A stretch of DNA of 64,000 bases from an uncultured Chloroflexota bacterium (GTDB lineage Bacteria > Chloroflexota > Chloroflexia > Thermomicrobiales > UBA6265): positions 3,816-67,815 of the forward strand of contig CALGSZ010000057.1 in the NCBI GenBank assembly GCA_937901745.1, written 5' to 3'. The notes under the pieces were generated by a model. The model made no database searches. It saw only the letters and a list, made by a program, of their open reading frames with translations, and had not been told where the DNA came from. The position numbers were made by a program, and so were the translations under genes. Shown here in pieces: positions 9,718-18,761 of the stretch (its first letter is position 1; each line of letters begins with the position of its first letter).

Positions 9718-11697
9718 GTGGGAGCGGGAACCGCGTCGAGCCTGCCCGTGCGAGTCATCCGCTATGGTGTCGATGAGCCATTACCCGAGCAGCGGCCGCT
9801 GCGTGCCGGACCACTAACGGCAGTGCTGGAAGGCGGCGACCTGCGCTATGTCTCCGCCGGCGGCGTGGAGGTCGTCCGTCGCCTCTACATGGCAGTGCGC
9901 GACCGAAATTGGGACACGATCGAGCCGCGATACACGGAGTTCACGGTCGAGGATCGCGGCGACTCGTTCACTGTCCGGTTCGCCGCTGAGCATGTATCGG
10001 GGGATGTCGACTTCGCTTGGCGGGGCACGATCGAGGGACGGCCGGACGGGACGATCGTCTACGAGATGGACGGCGCGCCCCGGCGAGCGTTTTACCGCAA
10101 CCGCATCGGCTTCTGCGTTTTGCATCCGATGGAGCTGGCGGGCACCTCGGTCGAGGTCGAGACGCCGGACGGCACGGTAACCGGCGCGTTCCCGACGCGG
10201 ATTTCCCCGCACCAGCCGTTCCTCGACATGCAGGCGATTCGCCACCCGGTCGGGCAGAGTGCCACGTTGACGATCCGGTTCGAGGGCGACCTCTTCGAGA
10301 TGGAGGACCAGCGGAACTGGACCGACGCCTCCTACAAGACGTATTGCACTCCGCTCCGCCTGCCGTATCCCGTGGAAGTCACGCCCGATCAGCGCATCTT
10401 CCAGCGGGTGACGATTTCGCTGGAGGGTGAGCCACCGCGCGGCGCGGCGGAGAGTCGTGCTGGCGGCGACATCGAGATCGGCGAGGAGGCGGTCTTTGCG
10501 CTCCCGGCGATCGGCTTCGGCGACGCCTCGCACGGCCGCCCGCTCAACGACGAGGAGATCGCCCGCCTGCGCGCGCTGCGGCCCGCTCACCTCTGGCTCG
10601 ACCTGGATCTCGGTGATTCGCGGTGGCAGGAGCGCCTCCAGCGCGCGGCGGCGAATGCTCAGGCGCTCGGTGCCGGGTTGGAGGTGAGCGTCGTCGCCGC
10701 GCCGAACGATGGCTTCGACCGGCTCGCGGCTGCCATTGCTAACCTACCCGCGCCGGTGCTGCGCGTCTTCGTTTTCCCGCCGGTCAGCGAGCCGGTTGTT
10801 TTCCCGCGCCACGACCTGGAAACGACACGGGACGTGATCAGCCGGGCGAAGGAGGCGTTCGAGCGCGGGAGCGTGCGGGTGCCGCTCGGCGGCGGCGCTC
10901 GCGCCTATTTCACCGAGCTGAACCGGGCGCTAGATCTGCCGCTCGACCAGGTGGAGTGGGTGACCTACACACTCAATCCCCAAGTGCACGCTTTCGACAA
11001 CCTCTCGCTGATCGAGACGTTGGCCGCGCAAGCGGAGACGGTTGCCAGCGCCCGGGCGATCGCTGGCAATCTGCCGCTGGCGGTCGGGCCGATCACGCTC
11101 CGGCCGCGCTGGAACCCGAACGCCACCGCCGCGCCGCCGGAGCCGGGGCCGAACGAGCTGCCAGCCGAGGTCGATCCCCGGCAGCTATCACTCTTCGGCG
11201 CGGGCTGGACGGTCGGCAGCATCCACCGGCTGGCGGAGGCCGGCGTCGAGTCGCTGACGTACTACGAGACGACCGGTTGGCGCGGGCTAATGGAGCGCCG
11301 CGAGGACCTGACCCGGCGGCAGCTCTTCGCATCCTCTCCCGGCCAGCTCTTCCCGCTCTACCACGTCTTCGCCGCGCTGGCGGATTTCAGTGGGGCATCC
11401 GTGCTCCCGACGGGCATCAGTGAGCCGCTTTCGACCGAGGCAGTGGGCGTCAAGCAGGGAAACCGCGCTCGCATCCTGGTCGCGAACTTGGCTGACCGCG
11501 AGCGGACGAGCGAGATCGCGGCGCCGCTGCGCGATGCCGTGGCGCGCGTGCTCGACGAGACCACCTACCAACAGGCCGCAAGCGATCCCGCCTTCTTGAC
11601 CGCGCCGGGAGGGCAGCCAGTCGAGACGCGCGACGGACGTCTGCGGATCTCGCTGCGACCGTTCGCCATCGCGCGAATTGACGGCAGCCTCGGTTAG
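9718..11697 (+). CDS. Conserved-looking hypothetical protein, 659 aa, function unknown
   Basis: GTG 9718 lies 6-7 nt after GGGAGGAGGAG. Protein-like composition throughout. Stop is followed by a 9-bp GC hairpin. I recognise no family motif. Confidence 0.6.
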   Translation: MGAGTASSLPVRVIRYGVDEPLPEQRPLRAGPLTAVLEGGDLRYVSAGGVEVVRRLYMAVRDRNWDTIEPRYTEFTVEDRGDSFTVRFAAEHVSGDVDFAWRGTIEGRPDGTIVYEMDGAPRRAFYRNRIGFCVLHPMELAGTSVEVETPDGTVTGAFPTRISPHQPFLDMQAIRHPVGQSATLTIRFEGDLFEMEDQRNWTDASYKTYCTPLRLPYPVEVTPDQRIFQRVTISLEGEPPRGAAESRAGGDIEIGEEAVFALPAIGFGDASHGRPLNDEEIARLRALRPAHLWLDLDLGDSRWQERLQRAAANAQALGAGLEVSVVAAPNDGFDRLAAAIANLPAPVLRVFVFPPVSEPVVFPRHDLETTRDVISRAKEAFERGSVRVPLGGGARAYFTELNRALDLPLDQVEWVTYTLNPQVHAFDNLSLIETLAAQAETVASARAIAGNLPLAVGPITLRPRWNPNATAAPPEPGPNELPAEVDPRQLSLFGAGWTVGSIHRLAEAGVESLTYYETTGWRGLMERREDLTRRQLFASSPGQLFPLYHVFAALADFSGASVLPTGISEPLSTEAVGVKQGNRARILVANLADRERTSEIAAPLRDAVARVLDETTYQQAASDPAFLTAPGGQPVETRDGRLRISLRPFAIARIDGSLG

Positions 11698-11742
11698 GGG
11701 GCTTTCACCGCCTGACGGTCTGACGAGAGCACGCATGACGAG

Positions 11743-11770
11743 GGCGGGACCGCAATTGCATGGTCCCGCC
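11743..11770. terminator. Bidirectional hairpin between convergent genes
   Basis: GGCGGGACC (11743-11751) pairs perfectly with GGTCCCGCC (11762-11770); loop is GCAATTGCAT. Lies between the stops at 11697 and 11791. No clear U tract. Confidence 0.5.
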
Positions 11771-11790
11771 GATCATAGTGACCTATACCG

Positions 11791-14091
11791 CTAGCCTCTT
11801 GCAGTGAGGTCGCGGCTTGGCCACCAGTTCCACCGGCCGAGCAGCTGCACGATCGTCGGCACGAGGATCGTACGGGTCACGAATGTGTCGATCAACACGC
11901 CGGCAGCGACGGCGAAGCCGAGCTGGAGCAAGTCGCGCAGCGGGAGGGTCGTCAGCGCGGCGAAGGTGCCGGCCAGGATGATGCCCGCCGAGGTGATGAC
12001 GCCACCGGTTCGCTCCAGCGCGTGCTCGGTCGCCTCGCGGAGCGGGCGCTGAGCGGCTTCCTCGCGCAGCCGGGTCATTAGGTAGATGCTGTAGTCAACG
12101 CCGAGCGCATTGAGGAACACGAAGAGCAAGAATGGGATCGTGCTACCGATGCTCTCGTGACCGAAGATCACGCGGAAAAGGATGATGCAGAGTCCGAGCG
12201 TCGAGAAATAGGTCAGGACGATCGTCAGGCCAAGGTAGATCGGCGCGATCAGCGAGCGCAGCAGCAGCGCCAGGATCAGCATGATCGCGATCAGGATCGC
12301 CGGCAGCACCACCCGCGAGTCGCGATTGTTGCCGTCTCGAGTATCGAGGTTTTCCGCGGTGTCGCCGGCGGTGAGGATGGCGACCGGCTGAACCTCGGAG
12401 TCCGCGACCGCCTCACGGGAGACGCGCCGGATCTCCTCGACCGAGTCCATCGCCTCGTCGCCATACGGATTCTCGTTCAGAACGACCTCGATCTTGGCAA
12501 CTGAGCGGTCGGTCGAGAGGAATTCGTCCACCGCCCGCGCCAGCGCTTGCGCCTGACCTGCCTGCTCGCCACCGGCACCGCCTTCCGGGTTCGCGGCGCT
12601 CTCGAGCGCGGCGAGCACCTGATCCGGGCCGAAGTCGGCCCCAACACCAAAGGGATAGGCCGGGCTCCTGACCGAGGCGACGTCCGAGCGGGCGGCAATT
12701 GCCTCGGAGATGGCGCCGATGGCGCTCAGCGCGGGTGCGTCCACCGCCTCCGTACCTGAGGGGAACTCGACGTAAACGCTCGTGGGAGCGAGGTCACCCG
12801 GCGGGAAAGCCTCGCGCAGCGCCATGAATCCCTCGACCGATTCGACATCGCCCGGCAGGCTCTCCAGCGGGTCGTAGCTCGGCCGGAACAGCGCCATGCC
12901 GCCGATCATCAGGACCAGGACGGCCAACGTCGTGACGAGAACCGGCACCGGCCGCCCGAGCACGAAATGCGCGATGCGGTGCCACAAGCGGCTCGGCGCG
13001 GCCTCGGCGACCTGCGGGTCGTACTTCGGGCTGAAGGGCCAGAATCCCGCGCGACCGAGAATCGCCAGCACGGCGGGAACGAGCGTCAAGGCGGCCAGGA
13101 GCATGACCGCGACCGCGAGGGCAACGACCGGCCCAAGGGAGCGATAGGAGCCGAGGTCGGCGAACAAGAGTAGCAGCGATGCCGCGATCAGCGTCCCGCC
13201 CGCCGACAGGATCGCCTCGCTGACGGCGCCGATAGCGACCTGCATCGCCTTGTGCTTATCCTGGTGTCTTGCCAGCTCTTCCCGGTAACGCGACGCGATG
13301 AAGAGGTAGTAGTCGGTACCCGCGCCGAAGAGGATCACCGTCATGATCCCGGTCGCCTCGCCGCTGACCGGGGTGTCGAGCGCTTTCAGGATTGCGGCCG
13401 CGATACCGCCGCTGAGCTGGAAGACAAACCCGATGATGAGCAGGGGGACGATGGCGATGACCGGCGAGCGGTAGATCAAGATGAGCAGAAAGAGCACGAG
13501 CCCGGCGGTGACCAGAAGGAGGAAGAGGTCGATCTGCCGGAAGACGGACACCAAGTCGGTGAGGAGGCCGCCGGGTCCGCTGACGCGGATTTGCAGTGAC
13601 TCCTGCTCGAGCTCGCTCGTGACCTCGCGGATCGCCTTGATCCGGTCAGAGTAGGGTTCCTCGGCCGCCGATCCAGTGATCGTGACCACCATCGTCATGG
13701 TGGTGTTATCGGGTGAGAGGAGTTCGCTGCGCGCTTGGGGAATGTTGAAGATCGAGACGATCGCCCCGACGTTGCTCTCTGGTTCTTCCTGCATGGCCGC
13801 GATGCGGTCGTAGACTTGCTGGGCGGCGGCCATATCCGCGTCGGTCAGCCCATCGGGATTGCGAAATACGATGATGGCCGGCGTGCCGGCGACGGCGTAG
13901 CGCTCGCGAGCGAGCCGTGCAGCGCGGGTAGACTCGGCGTTGTCAGGCAAGAAGCTGAGCGGATCGTTCTCGGAGATGTCGCTCAGCGTCGGCGTCAGCG
14001 GCGAGATCAAGCCGGCTGCGACCAGCCAGACGAGCAGCACGATCCACTTGCCGCGCGGTGACGCGCTCCAGGAGGTCAACGTTCGGATCAT
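11791..14091 (-). CDS. MMPL-family (RND superfamily) membrane transporter
   Basis: 766 aa with two blocks of about 6 TM helices each, separated by soluble loops; MMPL-like sequence. Divergent TetR neighbour. Confidence 0.85.
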   Translation of the reverse strand: MIRTLTSWSASPRGKWIVLLVWLVAAGLISPLTPTLSDISENDPLSFLPDNAESTRAARLARERYAVAGTPAIIVFRNPDGLTDADMAAAQQVYDRIAAMQEEPESNVGAIVSIFNIPQARSELLSPDNTTMTMVVTITGSAAEEPYSDRIKAIREVTSELEQESLQIRVSGPGGLLTDLVSVFRQIDLFLLLVTAGLVLFLLILIYRSPVIAIVPLLIIGFVFQLSGGIAAAILKALDTPVSGEATGIMTVILFGAGTDYYLFIASRYREELARHQDKHKAMQVAIGAVSEAILSAGGTLIAASLLLLFADLGSYRSLGPVVALAVAVMLLAALTLVPAVLAILGRAGFWPFSPKYDPQVAEAAPSRLWHRIAHFVLGRPVPVLVTTLAVLVLMIGGMALFRPSYDPLESLPGDVESVEGFMALREAFPPGDLAPTSVYVEFPSGTEAVDAPALSAIGAISEAIAARSDVASVRSPAYPFGVGADFGPDQVLAALESAANPEGGAGGEQAGQAQALARAVDEFLSTDRSVAKIEVVLNENPYGDEAMDSVEEIRRVSREAVADSEVQPVAILTAGDTAENLDTRDGNNRDSRVVLPAILIAIMLILALLLRSLIAPIYLGLTIVLTYFSTLGLCIILFRVIFGHESIGSTIPFLLFVFLNALGVDYSIYLMTRLREEAAQRPLREATEHALERTGGVITSAGIILAGTFAALTTLPLRDLLQLGFAVAAGVLIDTFVTRTILVPTIVQLLGRWNWWPSRDLTARG

Positions 14092-14179
14092 TCAGCGAGC
14101 ACCTTTCATGGGTGGGTCACGTCAGCGCCGCAGGGCAGCCGATAGCCCGCGCTAGGCAGCGGACGCGCCGGTAATTTTT

Positions 14180-14223
14180 GCGACGATGCGTCGCTTTGTC
14201 AAGACGAGTTGTTGTGCTAAGCT
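14180..14223 (+). promoter_or_regulatory. Candidate TetR operator palindrome plus sigma-70-like promoter giving a near-leaderless tetR mRNA
   Basis: GCGACG-ATG-CGTCGC inverted repeat at 14180-14194. TTGTCA (14196-14201), 16-nt spacer, TAAGCT (14218-14223). The tetR ATG at 14233 is about 10 nt from the -10, and no SD is visible. Confidence 0.35.
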
Positions 14224-14232
14224 GATGCCGTT

Positions 14233-14847
14233 ATGCCTCGTATCCGGGATTCCACGATTCAAGCGCACCGGCGCCAGGTGGAGAACGCGATTCTCGACGC
14301 CTGGGGTAGTCTGATCGAAGATCACTCATACGCCGAGATCACGATGGCGATGGTCGCCGAGCGGGCGGGCATCGCGCGGAACACGATCTACGGCTACTAC
14401 CCCGACAAGGGCCACCTGATGCTGGCGCATCTCGAGCGAGAGGTGAGCCGCTTCTTGGACGCCGTTACCGCCGCCGTGGATGAGGCGGTCGGCGCGGTGG
14501 CCCGGCTGCGAGTTGTTTTCGAGCACCATGCCCACTATTTCGCTACCCACGCGGGCTCTCGCCACGAGATCGGTGAGGTGATGGGGCCGGAGGGGTACCG
14601 CCAGTTCATGGCGCACTTCACGCCCCTGCACAAGCTGGTCAGGCGGATCGTCCGGGAAGGCAAGTACGAGGGCGTGTTTCGCGATGTCGATCCCGAGGCG
14701 GTCACGCCCTTGATTCTCGCCACGATCGCCGTCTACCGCGTGCCGCTCGCGACCGGCGAAATCGCGCCGGAGCAGGCAGCGGCCAATGCACTCGATTTCA
14801 CGCTGCACGGCTTAGTTGCGCATGCGCGCCCGAGCCGCGAGGATTGA
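14233..14847 (+). CDS. TetR/AcrR-family transcriptional regulator
   Basis: N-terminal HTH ITMAMVAERAGIARNTIYGYYPDK. Divergent from the MMPL gene. Confidence 0.85.
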   Translation: MPRIRDSTIQAHRRQVENAILDAWGSLIEDHSYAEITMAMVAERAGIARNTIYGYYPDKGHLMLAHLEREVSRFLDAVTAAVDEAVGAVARLRVVFEHHAHYFATHAGSRHEIGEVMGPEGYRQFMAHFTPLHKLVRRIVREGKYEGVFRDVDPEAVTPLILATIAVYRVPLATGEIAPEQAAANALDFTLHGLVAHARPSRED

Positions 14848-14897
14848 GCGCTTGGTGAGATTGGGCAGGTTCCCTTTCGGTTGCGCCGAAACGCGTG

Positions 14898-14927
14898 ACC
14901 GCGCCTGGTAACGCCGCCAGGCGCGGT
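14898..14927. terminator. Bidirectional hairpin between convergent tetR and the IolE-like gene
   Basis: ACCGCGCCTGG (14898-14908) pairs perfectly with CCAGGCGCGGT (14917-14927); 8-nt loop. Confidence 0.5.
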
Positions 14928-14972
14928 TCGTACATTGATTCACTCGTCAGATTGGCCCGGGAAAGCTCGCGA

Positions 14973-15872
14973 TCAGATCTTGAACAGCCCCCGCAGGAAT
15001 TCGGCGTTCCGCCGGTTGAGCTCCCACGGCGCGGGATCGTTCGGATGCATGATCCGGTCCTGCTCGGCGACGACCCATCCGCGGTAATCGCAGGCGGCCA
15101 GCCCGCGCTTGAGCCCCTGCCAGTCAACGATCCCCTGGCCGAGCGGTGCGTAGAGCCCTGCCTCAACCGCCTCGTCGTAGGTCAGGGCGCCGGAGCGTAG
15201 CTTCTCCAGCACGCCGCCATCAACATCCTTCGCGTGGACGTGGCGCAGTCGCCCGCACTCTCGCTCGAGGAGCGCGATCGGGTCGCTGCCGCCGATGCGG
15301 ATATGCCCGGTGTCGAGGCAAAGGTAGATCGGGTCGCCCTCGGTCAGGTCGAGGATGCGCCGGATTTCGGAGCCACTTTCGATGTGACCGCCGACGTGTG
15401 GGTGGATGGCGACGATCAACCCGTACTCTGAGGCAATCGCCGCTATGGCGAGGAGCGTCTGCCTCGCTTGCTGCCACTCCTCATCGCTCCACCACGCGTC
15501 GGGTCGCTCATCCACGCGGGCGACGACCGCCATTCGCTCGGGCGTGATCAGGTCGCTGATCAGAATGACCGACGCTCCGCCCGCTTGCAGGATTCCGCAG
15601 ACTGTTCGCAGCTCCTCGGTCGCGGCGTCCGAGAGAGGACGAGCGAGATCGACTTGGTGCCAGGTCGTAACAAGCGCCAGGTTTCGGGCCTTGAAGCGAG
15701 GCAAGACTTGCTCGGCGGTGTTGCCGAAGAATCCGTACGTGCCCAGTTCGCAGCCTTCATACCCGGCTTCCGCGATTGCGTCCAGCACGCGCTCTGGATC
15801 GGGATTTTGCGGATCGAGCGGGCCAACTCCCCAGTTGATTGGCGCCGATGCCAATCGAAGCACCTGCTCCAT
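14973..15872 (-). CDS. Sugar phosphate isomerase/epimerase, xylose-isomerase-like TIM barrel (IolE-like)
   Basis: N-terminus APINWGV..., resembling inosose-dehydratase-type proteins, plus a TIM-barrel pattern (HPHVGGHIE, DTGHI). ATG 15872 chosen over the Arg-rich upstream extension to 15923. Confidence 0.75.
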   Translation of the reverse strand: MEQVLRLASAPINWGVGPLDPQNPDPERVLDAIAEAGYEGCELGTYGFFGNTAEQVLPRFKARNLALVTTWHQVDLARPLSDAATEELRTVCGILQAGGASVILISDLITPERMAVVARVDERPDAWWSDEEWQQARQTLLAIAAIASEYGLIVAIHPHVGGHIESGSEIRRILDLTEGDPIYLCLDTGHIRIGGSDPIALLERECGRLRHVHAKDVDGGVLEKLRSGALTYDEAVEAGLYAPLGQGIVDWQGLKRGLAACDYRGWVVAEQDRIMHPNDPAPWELNRRNAEFLRGLFKI

Positions 15873-15983
15873 CTCGTGCGACACTCCTCCCTGGCGCCGC
15901 GTGCGCGGCCGCGGACGGTTCAACTGTGTGGTGCTGAAATGAAACCGCAGACGCCAGCCGGCCGCAAGGGGGAAAGCGGCAAA

Positions 15984-16565
15984 TTACGCGGAGCGCGTGT
16001 GCGGTCGCGTCACCAAAGGGCGAGGCCGGAACATCGCGCGGACGGCGGCTGTCAGCGCCGCGGCGTCGGCGAAGCGTCCCACGGCCTCATAGGCTTCGAC
16101 CGCGGCCTGGTGCGCTTGCTGGGAGAGGCGCCAGAAACCGGGAAGCGTCGACAAGTCGAGTGAAGGATCGAGCGTCACCGCCTGGGTGAAATCCTCCCGT
16201 GCGGCGTCAATTTGGCCGTCGCGCGCTCGAGCCAGACCACGATGCGCGATTGCCCACGCCCGCCGCTGCTCTGGCGTGCGCTCGGCGAAGTCCGGCGTGG
16301 ACGGTCGAAGACGCGCGGCGAGGCTGCGGAAAGCCGGACGCGTGCCCCGCGGTTTCGTCTCCTGCGCTGGCTCTACGCTGGCGGTCCAGACGCCCGCCGC
16401 GTCCGGCGTGGCCAGCGTCGGCCCAAGCTGAGGAAACCATGCTCGCTGTGCGCGCCGCCGCCGAACGAGCCGTGTAACTCTTGTCAGCAGCGCTTGCCCG
16501 GTATCCTCCAAGACCGCGAAGGCGGGCTCCGAGATGACCATTGTCTCCTCCAGCTCGACTCGCAT
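15984..16565 (-). CDS. Hypothetical protein with TPR-like C-terminal helices
   Basis: 193-aa ORF with GGAGAG just upstream of the ATG. C-terminal AHRGLARARDGQIDAAREDFTQAVTLDP resembles a TPR repeat. Weak support. Confidence 0.4.
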   Translation of the reverse strand: MRVELEETMVISEPAFAVLEDTGQALLTRVTRLVRRRRAQRAWFPQLGPTLATPDAAGVWTASVEPAQETKPRGTRPAFRSLAARLRPSTPDFAERTPEQRRAWAIAHRGLARARDGQIDAAREDFTQAVTLDPSLDLSTLPGFWRLSQQAHQAAVEAYEAVGRFADAAALTAAVRAMFRPRPLVTRPHTRSA

Positions 16566-16729
16566 GCTCTCCGCGGAGCACTGCCGGCGCCTCGTCTAAG
16601 GTCGTAGCGGGACGAGAGGGGCAGGCAGACGACCGCGTGTGTCTCACCTGTCCGTTCACTATGGGGCAAGACTGCGGGGGCTTTGATCCTATCACGCTTG
16701 CTGTCCGTACACAAGACGGAACAGCGTGC

Positions 16730-16773
16730 GAACATGTGTTCTCCTGTCATTCCAGACGCCGCCGCGTCAGAAT
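16730..16773 (+). promoter_or_regulatory. LexA-type (Cheo/SOS) box GAACATGTGTTC abutting a candidate promoter upstream of the sirtuin gene
   Basis: cGAAC-ATGT-GTTCt at 16730-16741 matches GAAC-N4-GTTC perfectly. TGTCAT (16745-16750), 17 nt, CAGAAT (16768-16773). cobB ATG at 16808. Confidence 0.4.
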
Positions 16774-16807
16774 CCGTCATGCGCGCAGTTTGGAAGGGAG
16801 CGTGCCG

Positions 16808-17650
16808 ATGGTGGAGCAAGACTTGGAGATGGTGGACGGCGCGGCGAGCAATCCGGGCCTGCTTGCATTGATCGAGGTTGCTCGCGCCGCGCGCGAGATC
16901 GTGGCGTTCACGGGAGCCGGGATCAGCACGGAGTCGGGCATCCCTGACTACCGTGGCGAAGGCCGCGACACGCGCGGCCCGAAGGTGCCGAGTGCGGCCG
17001 AGTTTCGGCGGAATCCCGAGGTGCGCCGCGCCTACTGGGAGAGCCGCCGGACTCGCTATCCTGAGATGCGCGCCACTGCGCCGAACGCCGGCCACCTGGC
17101 GCTCGCGGTCCTCGAGCGGGCCGGTCTGGTCAAGGCGATCATCACGCAGAACATTGACGGGCTCCACCAGGCGGCCGGCAGCGACCCGAGCCGGGTCGTC
17201 GAGTTGCACGGCACCACGCACGTCGTTCGCTGCCTGGACTGCGGCACGACCTGGGACGCCCAGGTGATTCACGAGCGGCTGGAGAACGGCGAGACGGTGC
17301 CAGCGTGCGACCGGTGCGGGGGGCCGCTGCGGGCGGCGACGGTGCTCTTCGGTGAGTCGGTGCCGCGAGAGGCGCTCGACCGCGCCATCGAATTGGCGAA
17401 GTCGTGCGACATGATGCTCGTCGTCGGCACCTCGCTGGTCGTGAATCCCGCCGCCAAGATCCCGCTGATCGCCAAGCGAAGTGGCGCCCGCCTCGCGATC
17501 GTCAACCGCACACTGACTCCTCTTGACGCGCTGGCCGATGTGCGGATCATGGGGGAGTCAGGACCAACCCTGTCCGCTCTCGCTACCGCGCTCCTTGGTC
17601 CTGAAACGTCGCACGTTCTTCAATCGCGGCCATCAGATCGGGACGCGTGA
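16808..17650 (+). CDS. cobB: NAD-dependent protein deacylase (Sir2 family)
   Basis: GAGISTESGIPDYRG, QNIDGLH, and the zinc ribbon CLDCG...CDRCGG. ATG 16808 follows GGAAGGGAG. The track ORF start at 16541 is an unsupported extension. Confidence 0.85.
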   Translation: MVEQDLEMVDGAASNPGLLALIEVARAAREIVAFTGAGISTESGIPDYRGEGRDTRGPKVPSAAEFRRNPEVRRAYWESRRTRYPEMRATAPNAGHLALAVLERAGLVKAIITQNIDGLHQAAGSDPSRVVELHGTTHVVRCLDCGTTWDAQVIHERLENGETVPACDRCGGPLRAATVLFGESVPREALDRAIELAKSCDMMLVVGTSLVVNPAAKIPLIAKRSGARLAIVNRTLTPLDALADVRIMGESGPTLSALATALLGPETSHVLQSRPSDRDA

Positions 17651-18713
17651 CGACGCCGAGATAGCGCTGCTGCTCGACCACGGCCGCGGCGTCAGCCCGG
17701 CCAGCAAGCCGGACCAGTGCCTCGGCGACTGTGATCTCCGCTGGCAGGTGTGGCAGGTCGTGCAGCGGCTTCATGATGGCGCGGACGGGGATCTGGTCCC
17801 ACTCGGTGCGCCGCGTGCCGCGTAGCTCGTTGAGCCGCAAGATGCCGATGGGCGCGTTGTCGTCCACGACGAGCAGAAACAATTCCGGCGGATCGGCCAG
17901 GAGCCGATCGACCGCGTCCGCGACGGAGGTTTCCGCCGGGATGCGGATGGGACGTGGCAGCGCCTCGCGCAGGGTGATCGCGGGGCCGATCGTCTGCCAG
18001 CGCGCTTGCCGCCAGCCCTTGTGCGCCGCGTCGAAGAGCTGGAGCCCGGCCACGCCGACGCCGAGACCCCAATACGGCTCGCCGGCCTTGCCAAAGATCA
18101 GCGCCAGACCAACGATCGCAAGCGCGGCCGCGACGGCGTGCGCGTAGAGTGCTGCCAGGCGCGTCGCGGCCACGATGTCGTCGGTTAGGTACCACATCCA
18201 GGCGCGGAAGATGCGCCCGCCGTCCAAGGGGAGCCCTGGCATCGCGTTCATCGCCGTGAGCGCGAGCAGGGCAATAGTCAGCGTTTTCAGGAGGTGATGG
18301 GCCGGACTGCCGGAGTCGCGCGTCAGCGCCATCCCGCCGCTGACGGTGCCCGCCGCTACGCCCAGGGCGATGAGCGCCGCCAGCGCCCCAAAGACTTCGG
18401 AGCGGGGCGTGTTTGCCGCTTCGGGCGCCTCGGGGAAGGTGCCGAAGAGCGCCAGCTCCACCGTCCGGCGCGAGCGGTCGGATCCTCGCCACAGCCGCTG
18501 GCGGATCGCCTCATGCCCGATGAGTGTCGCCAGGAAAATCACGCCGGCCGCGGCGGCGGTCAGCGTCCAGGCAAGGCGATGAGTATTCGCGTCCGTCTCA
18601 GCACCGAGCTGATCGAGGACACCACCGGCAACGACGAGCAGGACCGTCAGGCAGCTCAACCGCGCCGCGAATGTGAGCCCGAGAACGCTGAGCGTCAAGC
18701 GGGGGTCGAACAC
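17583..18713 (-). CDS. M50 (site-2 protease)-like membrane protein with C-terminal CBS pair; zinc motif degenerate (HEAIR)
   Basis: NAMPGLPLDGGR motif and multi-TM core. The expected HExxH position reads IGHEAIRQ. Two CBS-like repeats at the C-terminus. Confidence 0.75.
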   Translation of the reverse strand: MFDPRLTLSVLGLTFAARLSCLTVLLVVAGGVLDQLGAETDANTHRLAWTLTAAAAGVIFLATLIGHEAIRQRLWRGSDRSRRTVELALFGTFPEAPEAANTPRSEVFGALAALIALGVAAGTVSGGMALTRDSGSPAHHLLKTLTIALLALTAMNAMPGLPLDGGRIFRAWMWYLTDDIVAATRLAALYAHAVAAALAIVGLALIFGKAGEPYWGLGVGVAGLQLFDAAHKGWRQARWQTIGPAITLREALPRPIRIPAETSVADAVDRLLADPPELFLLVVDDNAPIGILRLNELRGTRRTEWDQIPVRAIMKPLHDLPHLPAEITVAEALVRLAGRADAAAVVEQQRYLGVVTRPDLMAAIEERATFQDQGAR

Positions 18714-18761
18714 GGGCGCTCGGCGGGGGCCGCCGCGGTGCGGCCAGCAGCGGGCCGGAGC

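Noticed and set aside
16541-16807. N-terminal 89-aa extension of the sirtuin ORF given in the track
   Set aside because: The extension has Cys/Arg-rich, non-homologous composition. A good SD precedes ATG 16808, where Sir2 homology begins. The interval is better read as regulatory DNA.
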